A stretch of DNA of 64,000 nt from a virus: IMG/VR virus record IMGVR_UViG_3300021963_009201, positions 126,034 through 190,033 of that record; one strand, written 5' to 3'. Under the pieces are notes generated by a model that saw only the letters and a program-made list of their open reading frames with translations, made no database searches and was not told where the DNA came from. This document shows, in pieces, positions 46,186 to 55,065 of the stretch. A program made the position numbers and the translations under genes. Position 1 is the stretch's first letter, and each line of letters opens with the position of its first letter.

Positions 46186-47616
46186 ATGGAGGTAGTTTTA
46201 CTTACTAATATGATTAATTATCACACTAGAAAGCGGGTTCAAGGTTTGAGAGTATACGATATTTATATACCTGAACTCAATCGCTACGTAAAATTTAAAG
46301 TTTTACCGCCAGAAGAGATTAAAAAAATAATGGATGATATATCTGATTATGATCCATCTGAGCATATGAAAACAGTAGTCGAGAACTTTGTTTACAATAT
46401 GCGCCACGAAATAGTGGATGCACTAAAAATGCTTTCCGACGAGGCTGGGGAGCTAGCTATAGAGGCGCTTTTCAACGGCTGTGTAATGCTAAATCCTGGT
46501 CTAGATATAGATTCTTGGGTAAGAATTGCCTACTCTGCAACTAAACCCATCATCAACATAAGGGAAATGACAAAAGATGTAGTCGTATCACCTCCGCCAA
46601 AGCCAAGGTCAGTTGAAAAAGAAATAAAGAAGCCTTCTAAAATAACAAAAACAAAATTAAATAATTTAACTAAGCATTTGCAGGCAAAGCTTATAGGTCA
46701 AGACGAAGCGATTAAAAGCGTTGTAAATATGCTGAAACGTTCTTTGACGGGCTTAAATGATGAGGGTCGACCACTTGGGGTGCTTTTGTTTGCGGGTAGT
46801 TCAGGTACCGGTAAGACCCTTCTGGCTAGAGAAGTTCATTCGTATCTTTTTGGTGGGGAGTACGATATGATTAGGGTTGACTGCGGGGAATTTCAACAAA
46901 AACATGAGAATCAAAAACTCATTGGTGCTCCTCCCGGTTATATTGGGCACGAAGATGGCGGAATGCTTACGACTCGGATAAAAGAAACCCCAAATACTGT
47001 AATTCTTTTAGATGAGGTAGAAAAAGCTCATCCAGATTTATGGAATACATTCCTTAGAGTATTTGACGAGGGTGTTATTACTGACAATAAAGGTAAGCAA
47101 GTTTCTTTTAAGGATTCAATAATTATAATGACGACCAATCTTGGTAATGACAAGATTGTCCAAAACTTGACTGGCAAAGGTACAGGTTTTGCTGCAAGGG
47201 TTGATATTGATTTAGAGAGCATAGAAACACCTAAGAGGGATATTGTAGAAAAAACGACTAAAGAAGCTATTAGGAAGGCTTTTAAGGCGGAATTCCTGAA
47301 TAGGATAGATAAAACAATAATATTCAATCACCTTACTTATGAGGACTATTTGATGATAGCCCAACTGGAGATTGAGCTTGTAGATAAAAAATTAATGAAA
47401 AAAGGTTTTATACTTAATTCTGATGAAACGGTACTAAAAGGGTTAGTAGATAAGGGTGTTAATACTATTTTTGGCGCCAGAGGAATGTCTAGAGTTCGTC
47501 GTGACGAAATCGAAGACCCAATTGCTGAGCTGATCATATCTAAAAGCCCTAAACGAGGAACAATCTTCGAAATTTTTTATGTAAATAAAATATTCGAGTT
47601 AAATATAATAAGTTAG
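46186..47616 (+). CDS. ClpA/ClpB-type AAA+ ATPase with only the second nucleotide-binding domain
   Basis: LIGQDEAI, GSSGTGKT, pore loop GAPPGYIG, LLDEVEKAHP and GARGM. Confidence 0.88.
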   Translation: MEVVLLTNMINYHTRKRVQGLRVYDIYIPELNRYVKFKVLPPEEIKKIMDDISDYDPSEHMKTVVENFVYNMRHEIVDALKMLSDEAGELAIEALFNGCVMLNPGLDIDSWVRIAYSATKPIINIREMTKDVVVSPPPKPRSVEKEIKKPSKITKTKLNNLTKHLQAKLIGQDEAIKSVVNMLKRSLTGLNDEGRPLGVLLFAGSSGTGKTLLAREVHSYLFGGEYDMIRVDCGEFQQKHENQKLIGAPPGYIGHEDGGMLTTRIKETPNTVILLDEVEKAHPDLWNTFLRVFDEGVITDNKGKQVSFKDSIIIMTTNLGNDKIVQNLTGKGTGFAARVDIDLESIETPKRDIVEKTTKEAIRKAFKAEFLNRIDKTIIFNHLTYEDYLMIAQLEIELVDKKLMKKGFILNSDETVLKGLVDKGVNTIFGARGMSRVRRDEIEDPIAELIISKSPKRGTIFEIFYVNKIFELNIIS

Positions 47617-47653
47617 CATTAAAAAAATTATTTTATCTAAATAGGAGCATGTA

Positions 47654-48088
47654 ATGCCTTTAGTGCCTGGCCTTGGCGGAAAAACTCTTGGAACTTTAGT
47701 AGGCGCCGCAAAAAAAGCGTTTCCTGCATCTGATAACGTCATAGTTGGCATGGGGCGGGGTAGAAGAGCGCTTCCTAGCGGCGCTAGAGGGCTCCCCAGT
47801 GGTGCCAGAGCTATTGGCCCACCACCGAGAATGCACGGTCCAGGTATCCCCATGGGTCGAGCACCCTATAAGTCCAAACCTATACCAGTTACAGCAAGAT
47901 ATCGTAGTCAACCGATACCAATAGCTGCTACAACGCCGCCTAAAGAGCCCGGGTTTTTTGCGCAACATGGGAAAAAAGTTGCAGCAGCAGTTGCGGTAGG
48001 TGCGGTAGGGTTTGGTGCCATGAATAACAGAAGTGGCAAGGGCGTTGACCCGCAAACGGGTCTCCCTAGAGGTATTTACGGAAGATAG
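47654..48088 (+). CDS. Gly/Pro/Arg-rich small protein (possible internal virion protein)
   Basis: GGAG RBS; first gene of the plus-strand module. Confidence 0.6.
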   Translation: MPLVPGLGGKTLGTLVGAAKKAFPASDNVIVGMGRGRRALPSGARGLPSGARAIGPPPRMHGPGIPMGRAPYKSKPIPVTARYRSQPIPIAATTPPKEPGFFAQHGKKVAAAVAVGAVGFGAMNNRSGKGVDPQTGLPRGIYGR

Positions 48089-48102
48089 TATATGGAGGCA
48101 CA

Positions 48103-48429
48103 ATGATTGGTGCGCTAAAAAGCTTTAGAGCGGGTGGGTACGGAATAGGAAAGCCGCTACAGTCAGCGGGCAGAAGCCTAATGAATAAAGGTGGAATGTA
48201 CAAAGTCCCCGGAAAAGTTGTTAACGCTATGGGTATGAGGCCGGGCAGGACTTTGGCTGGAGGAATAGCTGCCGTTGGCGGTATACACACATACAATACG
48301 GCTGGTAAATTTGGTGGCACATTAGATGATCAACTTAGGCAAGATACGAGGTATAATCGTAGAATGAGGTCTGGTCAATCTTCCGCTCTCAGCGGCCTTC
48401 AGCCTAGGTCTATGGGCGGCTATGCGTAA
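48103..48429 (+). CDS. Gly-rich basic small protein
   Basis: GGAGG RBS. Confidence 0.65.
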   Translation: MIGALKSFRAGGYGIGKPLQSAGRSLMNKGGMYKVPGKVVNAMGMRPGRTLAGGIAAVGGIHTYNTAGKFGGTLDDQLRQDTRYNRRMRSGQSSALSGLQPRSMGGYA

Positions 48430-48434
48430 GGAAT

Positions 48435-48878
48435 GTGATGAGTAGATCTTTAGATTGGCGCAATTACGTCAATGAATTTGGTGATTTTGAACTACCAAAT
48501 TATTTATATCAAATAAATAAAGAACTTATGAAACAAAGTCTTGATTTGGGGACTCTGCTTTCTGACGATAAAATGAAACTACGCGCCTATAAGGAACAAG
48601 TAAAGAATGTCTTTAAGAGACGCTGGATGGAATTAGCACAAGCTTTAGAATTCTTTGATATCATAGTACCCTGCCAGTGCTCGCTAGACGAATTTTGTGA
48701 AATATGTGGAGGTAGTAGATATGTGCTTAATGCTTTATTATCTCCCGAACAAATGCGTGAGATAGGTGTGGTTTTTAGTGCAGACGCAGATGCAGAGCTT
48801 GCTGAAAAGCTTCAGGCAGGGCTGACGAAAGCCCTTAAAGAGATTAGGCAGGATTACCTTGAACTGCCCGAGGTGTAG
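48435..48878 (+). CDS. hypothetical protein with CxC...CxxC motif
   Basis: PCQC...CEICGG; packed in operon. Confidence 0.7.
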   Translation: MMSRSLDWRNYVNEFGDFELPNYLYQINKELMKQSLDLGTLLSDDKMKLRAYKEQVKNVFKRRWMELAQALEFFDIIVPCQCSLDEFCEICGGSRYVLNALLSPEQMREIGVVFSADADAELAEKLQAGLTKALKEIRQDYLELPEV

Positions 48879-49021
48879 TTTCGAGCTGACTTTTGTTTGC
48901 CATGAACACCGTCCCGATGGGTCAGTGTGGTTTGAGTATTTATGTGAAAAGTGTTTTTCTTATCTTCAAGAAGTGTATAAAGATAGTGCACTTCAGTATT
49001 CTATTTGGGGAGATTTGTCTC

Positions 49022-49780
49022 GTGGGTGAAATTGAAAAAGTTGAAAAAGAAAACTTTTTAAAAGATTTTGAATCTTTAAGGCCAGACTTTTTTTTGGCAG
49101 ATTTGTACAGTGATGAAAAAGATCTGTCTAAAGTCGCAGAAGCTGTAAGGCCAGCTAAGACTAAGACATCGCTATTTTCTTCTATCCCTATGAGATGCAT
49201 GTCGGATAAGTGTCCGTTCGCAGACACATGCCCCTTGGAGCAGCAGGGCATAGCGCCTAAGGGCAAGCCATGCCCAATCGAGATGGCGATAGTTTCCCAA
49301 TTTATGGAAAGCATAATGTCTGAGTTGCGGGTAAATCCGGATAATTTAATTGAAGTTTCAATGGTAAGGGACCTTGTTGACCAGGAGATACAGCAACTGC
49401 GTGCAACAAAACTGTTGGCAAAGGAAAGTTTTATCCAAGAAAACGTAATTGGCGTAGATGATCAGGGTCGGCCGATTATTAAGAAAGAGATGCATCTTGC
49501 CGTTGATTTAAGTGATCGACTTTTAAAGCGCAAAAAAGAAATACGTAATCAAATGATGGCTACAAGAGAACAAAGGGCTAAGACTGGTCAGGCCCAATTG
49601 GATAGCGCACAGTTAATATCTAATTGGATGGATACTATACGCGAAGTTGAGGAGCAAAAAGAAAAAGCTCTTCGTAAAAAAGTCGGTTTAGACGATTTTG
49701 ACGAATACGTAGAAAATGATAAAGCCATTAATAGTGGTGTCTCTACAGATATTGTAGACGCAGAAATAGTAGAGGACTAA
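49022..49780 (+). CDS. Cys-rich/coiled-coil protein, candidate small terminase subunit
   Basis: GTG start after GGGGAG; C...CPF...CP...CP motif; upstream of terL. Confidence 0.5.
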   Translation: MGEIEKVEKENFLKDFESLRPDFFLADLYSDEKDLSKVAEAVRPAKTKTSLFSSIPMRCMSDKCPFADTCPLEQQGIAPKGKPCPIEMAIVSQFMESIMSELRVNPDNLIEVSMVRDLVDQEIQQLRATKLLAKESFIQENVIGVDDQGRPIIKKEMHLAVDLSDRLLKRKKEIRNQMMATREQRAKTGQAQLDSAQLISNWMDTIREVEEQKEKALRKKVGLDDFDEYVENDKAINSGVSTDIVDAEIVED

Positions 49781-49784
49781 AAGT

Positions 49785-52700
49785 ATGGCGCTTAATTTTT
49801 CTCCTATGGGAAGTGGCAACTCAAGTTCTGGCCGGGTCAAAATCCCCGCATTAGATGACGCAGGACTACAAGATTTTTTTGACCGCTATAGAAACGCGCA
49901 AAAGTATGTAGTGGACAGAGTCAAAGATGCCGCGGAAGCAGGCTCTTCGCTTAAACATGATAGGGTATTGCAATCTATGCTTGATACAAATCTTTCTTTG
50001 AGGGATTTAATCGGCTATTTGCCTAGGCAAAATCAGGAAGATGTAATGCAGGCATTTAGGGGTCTTTTTGAGTTTGATGAAGCCCTTGGCGACCCAGAGG
50101 ATTTAATACGTTTGGCGAAATCATATGTGGAAGATGGCGTATTAGATATACCTTCCCATATGACAGAGATGGGAACCGGGAAAGGGGTATTCAGATTTAA
50201 TGTTGAAGCTGAGTCTGTTGTCCCAGGGAAAAAGGCAAATCCATTATCTCATATACTTAACAATTTAAACGTTCAGCTAGATCCAAGGGAAGCCCGCAGG
50301 CTACTAAACGACCCGTCCTTAGCGCAAGACCCGACCTTAATTAAAAAAGCTTTCAAGTTTGGTAAAGGTCTTTACGACGCAGATTACCTTGAAGGGATGC
50401 ACCGACTTCTCAGCGGGGAGATGGCAGTACCACGCGGTGCGAATATGCTAGTTTTCGACACTGAAACTTTAGGGTTATCATTTGGTAGTGGTAATGTAAG
50501 AGAACTTGCTGGTCACAATTTTATGTATGGCGGAAATGCAGCGTTAGACAACGCAGTAGATCCTTTCGATAATTTCTTTAAAATGTCATCAGCTCAGGTA
50601 GGCATGATTTCAACTGAGGACGCAGGTGTAAAGTCTAATAAAAAATTAATCGATTATTTTAACGACCTAGCTACGCATAATAGGGGCAGCAGCCTAAATA
50701 GGTTAACTAACACAAGTGCTACTGGCGACGAATTTGTCGATGCAATAAAGCCTTTCCTGAAAAGGATGCAGGATGCCGACTATATACTTGGGCATAACAT
50801 ACCATTCGATATAGATCAAGTACTCATTGGCGTAAGGATGACGAGCCAATACCTTAATGGTACTGACCAGGAACTTGTCAGTCTTGTTGACGATGTTACC
50901 ACTAAGGTGCGGAGTGGCAGTTCTGTTGTCGATACATTAAATTTATCTAGGAATTTATTACCTAGTTTGCAGGCAGCACCTGAATTAAAATTTGCAGGAG
51001 AAATTACTAGCCACTCAATCGAAAACTTAGTGCTACAAACTGACCTGATAGACAGAATGGTTCAAGATGCTGGCGGGGGCACTGCTGGTCGGCAAGCTGT
51101 AGTAGACTTTCTCGAAATAGCTGGCCATGGCAAACTTCACAGCGCGAAGGTTGACGCAAGACTAACAGCAAAACTATTTGAATACTTGACTGATGAAGCT
51201 TCACCATTAAAAGCCCAGGCACTTGGATCTACCGCGACTACTCAGGAAGAGATAGATTTCGCTAAAAGGATGAGAACGGTTGTTCGCAGATCTTATGCTC
51301 CAACACCTATATCTAATATCGCTGATGTAAGAAATATAGACTCTGAATTATTTGCCTCACTTTTGCAAGAAAAAGATGGTATTCGTTTTGGCGCACTAGA
51401 TATGAACAATATGTCTATGAGGGAATTGTCCCTAACAGAGTCAGTTTCTGGTGGTCAAACACTGTATTCGGTTGGCGATAAAAAAGGTGCTCCAATTTTT
51501 TCGGGCACTGCAGCTGATTTGCAGCAAGCGCTGTCTAAAGAGATTGACCCCTTTTTTGCGTATGCAAATGTTACGCCATTAGAACAAGAAGTATTTTTGA
51601 CAAGGAGGCTTGTTTCTCCACAGGCTCTAGATGTTACGGAAGATACCTTATTTTCTTTAGGTAATTTCAGGAGGTTGACTGGTTACGACGTCACAAACGC
51701 GGGCTTAATAAATAGGGCTGGAACTTTCTTTAAGCGGGCAAATGACACTCTTGGTTTTAAAGCCATGCAAAAATCTTTAGCTGATGCCCAATTACCAACT
51801 GCATCATTAAGTATGCCAGAAATGGCATTATCAAATGTAATGTCTCGTCAGACAGCCAATTACGCCGAACTCATGGGCAGAGGCCCTATGTACGAAAAGA
51901 TGGTCGGACTTGCAGACGATTTAGGTGTTAGTCACTTTAAGGCCTTTGATGAAGCCTTAGCGCTAAGAAGCGGTAAAGTCCAGCTTCCAATGCAAATCCT
52001 GCAAGCAGCAGGTATAATTGATGACCCAGCAGGCGAAATGTTGTCTCTAAGTACATTCCAGTACATAGATGATGAAACCGATGATCTAGTTAAGGGAGTG
52101 ACACTTAATAGGCGCTTAGTCGATTCTGAGATCGACACCTTAAAAAACTACCTAGACAATGTAACCGAAGATGAGCTTATCAATGGTAAGACGCTAAGAG
52201 AGTGGATGTCAACAAAGAGTGGTGTTCGCACGACTAAGGCTGACCTACTATTCGAGCTTGAAGCATCGGGCAAGGAATTTGGTGTCCAGGTAGGGCGCGT
52301 TGAGGGGCAGGGTGGACGCAACATAGCTGAGTTTTTAGAGAGAAATCTCATCATGGAGGAAGCTCAAAGAGACTCTGGTAGAATACCTATCAAAATGCAG
52401 GTGATTGACTTTAATGCAGATTCTGGTGGTATTCGATTAGGTCCAGCAATATTAGATAGATTCCTAGGAGATACTGGCGAAGAGGCTGTTGGGGATATAT
52501 CGCGCGCTTCAGCAAAAGCTTTAGACGATCTAACAGAGTTTGCTTCAAGGACTGAAAATAGGGGCATGGTAGAGGCGGCAGAGTTGGCTGCAGCTACCGG
52601 AAATAAGAAGATACCACAGCAAATATACAGGGGATATAAATCTGCTAGAGGTAAAGCACCTTACGCCCTAGGCATCGCTGCAGCGGCAACACTTGGTTAC

Positions 52701-52934
52701 ATGGCTTTTAATAGGAATCAGGAAGCTAATTTTTATGACCAAACAATGGAATCGCAAGAGGTAGAGTCTTCAAGTGATTATGTTAATTATAGGAGGGAAA
52801 TGGGTTTAAAACCAGCTCCTGCGAGAAGGCTGCCTGACCCATTACTAACATCTTATGTAGTTGGTAATTTAGATGATAATAAAATCGGCCACACACAAAT
52901 GGGGCCACAGAAGTATTCCCATCTATTTTCTTGA
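49785..52934 (+). CDS. 1049-aa protein with an internal DEDDh 3'-5' exonuclease domain
   Basis: VFDTETLG (ExoI), GHNIPFD (ExoII), HSAKVD (ExoIII). Confidence 0.75.
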   Translation: MALNFSPMGSGNSSSGRVKIPALDDAGLQDFFDRYRNAQKYVVDRVKDAAEAGSSLKHDRVLQSMLDTNLSLRDLIGYLPRQNQEDVMQAFRGLFEFDEALGDPEDLIRLAKSYVEDGVLDIPSHMTEMGTGKGVFRFNVEAESVVPGKKANPLSHILNNLNVQLDPREARRLLNDPSLAQDPTLIKKAFKFGKGLYDADYLEGMHRLLSGEMAVPRGANMLVFDTETLGLSFGSGNVRELAGHNFMYGGNAALDNAVDPFDNFFKMSSAQVGMISTEDAGVKSNKKLIDYFNDLATHNRGSSLNRLTNTSATGDEFVDAIKPFLKRMQDADYILGHNIPFDIDQVLIGVRMTSQYLNGTDQELVSLVDDVTTKVRSGSSVVDTLNLSRNLLPSLQAAPELKFAGEITSHSIENLVLQTDLIDRMVQDAGGGTAGRQAVVDFLEIAGHGKLHSAKVDARLTAKLFEYLTDEASPLKAQALGSTATTQEEIDFAKRMRTVVRRSYAPTPISNIADVRNIDSELFASLLQEKDGIRFGALDMNNMSMRELSLTESVSGGQTLYSVGDKKGAPIFSGTAADLQQALSKEIDPFFAYANVTPLEQEVFLTRRLVSPQALDVTEDTLFSLGNFRRLTGYDVTNAGLINRAGTFFKRANDTLGFKAMQKSLADAQLPTASLSMPEMALSNVMSRQTANYAELMGRGPMYEKMVGLADDLGVSHFKAFDEALALRSGKVQLPMQILQAAGIIDDPAGEMLSLSTFQYIDDETDDLVKGVTLNRRLVDSEIDTLKNYLDNVTEDELINGKTLREWMSTKSGVRTTKADLLFELEASGKEFGVQVGRVEGQGGRNIAEFLERNLIMEEAQRDSGRIPIKMQVIDFNADSGGIRLGPAILDRFLGDTGEEAVGDISRASAKALDDLTEFASRTENRGMVEAAELAAATGNKKIPQQIYRGYKSARGKAPYALGIAAAATLGYMAFNRNQEANFYDQTMESQEVESSSDYVNYRREMGLKPAPARRLPDPLLTSYVVGNLDDNKIGHTQMGPQKYSHLFS

Positions 52935-52942
52935 GGTAACAA

Positions 52943-53608
52943 ATGGCAAGCACCTATCAAATGGCTGGTAAGGCCGCAACAAAAATTAGTAGAGGTGTAA
53001 GCGCGAAAAGCGTTTTAGGCATTGGTGCTTTGACCGTAGGCGCTATGGGCCTTGGTATTGCCAGGGGTGATCCCATCCAACATACAATGAACTCAATGCA
53101 AGAAGCAATGTTTGATACCGACCAAGTAGATAACATGATTTTAGGGACTGATCTTTCAGCTCGAAATTTTGTGGGTCTCCCATTTGGTTTTCAATTTAAG
53201 GCTGGTTCATCAGCCGCCGGGGGAGCAGTTCTTGGTGGTGGACTTGGGGCCGTACTTGGTAGGGGCAAAGCTGGACGTTTCGTTGGTGGTGCAATTGGCG
53301 CTGGTTTAGGGGCTATTGCCGGGGGGGTTACGGGTGCATTAAACTCTGATACGGGTAGAATTTTATTTCCTAGGGATAATCCGGCAGACATGTTTTCTGG
53401 TCGCACATTTAACAAAACCCCTTTCAACTATCTTAAAGAGGATGAAGGGCAAGTTGCAAAAATGTACCAAAACACGGCTGAATCAAATGCTGGAAATGGA
53501 TATTCAAGGTACCCAGGTTCAACCTATCCACAAAGGATGATGAGCAGACAATGGGACTCTGCGACTGGCGATATTGTCCTTGGCTCATACAACCTTAGGC
53601 GAGGATAA
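52943..53608 (+). CDS. Gly/Ala-rich protein with GxxxG hydrophobic hairpin (possible ejected virion protein)
   Basis: AAGGAVLGGGLGAVLG...GGAIGAGLGAIAGG. Confidence 0.65.
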   Translation: MASTYQMAGKAATKISRGVSAKSVLGIGALTVGAMGLGIARGDPIQHTMNSMQEAMFDTDQVDNMILGTDLSARNFVGLPFGFQFKAGSSAAGGAVLGGGLGAVLGRGKAGRFVGGAIGAGLGAIAGGVTGALNSDTGRILFPRDNPADMFSGRTFNKTPFNYLKEDEGQVAKMYQNTAESNAGNGYSRYPGSTYPQRMMSRQWDSATGDIVLGSYNLRRG

Positions 53609-55065
53609 TGTTAGTCGACCCTAATACAGGTATGCCTATGGATGGCGGACCTGTTCGAGAGAATATGATTGAAGCGGCCCTATCTGCTGATAGTGCTGCG
53701 GCCGGTAGTGTTTCTGGGTTTGCCCAGGGAATGGGTGTGTCAAGAAAAGGCGATCTTTTAGATAAGTCTTTAGATGTGATTCCTGGATTGAGTCAGACAA
53801 CTGCATGGAACGTTAGGCGCGGTTTTAATACAATGGCCTATGGCGGACGTGGTGTCACTCAAGTTGGTGGCATGAGGGCTACGTTAAGCCCGAGATTCCT
53901 CACGAGACTACCAAGTATGGAGGCTATGGGTGGTGCCTCTATGGTGGGTAAGAACCAAAATTATATTTTGGGCGCAAGTAAATATAAGGCTGGGGAGGCT
54001 TATACGCCTTTTAATATTTTGGCTCGTGGCGGAAATTTTGCCTTCCGAAAAGCAGCTGGGAGATTTGAGGCAAAAGCTGCGTCTGGTACAAAACTTGGCA
54101 AATTTGGTTCTGGCATGGTAAACCTTAACTCTGAAGGCTCAGCTTTTAGTATAGGTACTTTAGCTAGAATTACAGCAGCGGATAAAATGGCCAGGGGGAA
54201 GCTTCCTACTGAGAATGTCCTAAATTTTTTGGGCAAGACTGATAATAATCTAGCGAAATCTTTTAAAGGCATAAAAAGGGTCCAATATAATCAGCAAGCT
54301 TTGGCCAACGCCGTATCAGCAGCTAGGCCACAAATCGCTGCGTCCCCTTTTGGTGCGCAACAAGCGGTTAAATCAAGACTTCCGATGTCAACACCACTTG
54401 CCGCCGTGAACCCAACAGTAGATGAAGCCGCAAGGTTAAGTTACGCGAGTGTTACAGGATCGGTTTCTGGTAGAGTGTCTGGTTTTATGAGTCAAACGAG
54501 AATGGGAAACCTAGGCATGGATGCCGTAAAAGCAGCCGATGCTGCCGGTAATAAGGCTTTCATGTCTGGTGTCGGGTCTGCCGTTAGAATGATGGAAAAA
54601 GGGGGTTTTGAAAGGGTAGGCGGAGAATTCGTGGTAAAAAAAGGTAGCGAGCTAGCCACTAAGTTCGGATACCAGGCTGGTCAGCGGGTCGGTTTGGGAA
54701 CTGCTGCTAGAGTCGGTATGCAAAAAGGTGGAGCAAAAATAGGCGCAAGACTAGCGCTTGCCGCTGGCGCGAATGCTGTACCAGTAGTGGGGCAAGTTGT
54801 TAGTGCGGCTTTGTTGGCAAGCCTGGTCATGGACGTTGGTCAGTTAGGCGTTGCGGCATTTAAAAGTGGGGTTGATTTTGCGAAAGAAGGTGTTCAATCT
54901 TACCGCGGCCAAATAAATAAGGGCGTTATGGGTATGGGCTACAGGGATAATACGGTAGCAGCAACTTCTAGGGCGCGCGGTGTGCAAGCAATTCAAAATT
55001 CCAGGTTAAACGCAAGAAGTGTATTAGGTTCAGAGGCAGGCGCGATGCATGCGCATTTTGGATAA
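53608..55065 (+). CDS. Gly/Ala-rich basic protein (tape-measure-like or internal virion protein)
   Basis: Low-complexity G/A composition; NAVPVVGQ..hydrophobic segment typical of such proteins. Confidence 0.6.
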   Translation: MLVDPNTGMPMDGGPVRENMIEAALSADSAAAGSVSGFAQGMGVSRKGDLLDKSLDVIPGLSQTTAWNVRRGFNTMAYGGRGVTQVGGMRATLSPRFLTRLPSMEAMGGASMVGKNQNYILGASKYKAGEAYTPFNILARGGNFAFRKAAGRFEAKAASGTKLGKFGSGMVNLNSEGSAFSIGTLARITAADKMARGKLPTENVLNFLGKTDNNLAKSFKGIKRVQYNQQALANAVSAARPQIAASPFGAQQAVKSRLPMSTPLAAVNPTVDEAARLSYASVTGSVSGRVSGFMSQTRMGNLGMDAVKAADAAGNKAFMSGVGSAVRMMEKGGFERVGGEFVVKKGSELATKFGYQAGQRVGLGTAARVGMQKGGAKIGARLALAAGANAVPVVGQVVSAALLASLVMDVGQLGVAAFKSGVDFAKEGVQSYRGQINKGVMGMGYRDNTVAATSRARGVQAIQNSRLNARSVLGSEAGAMHAHFG

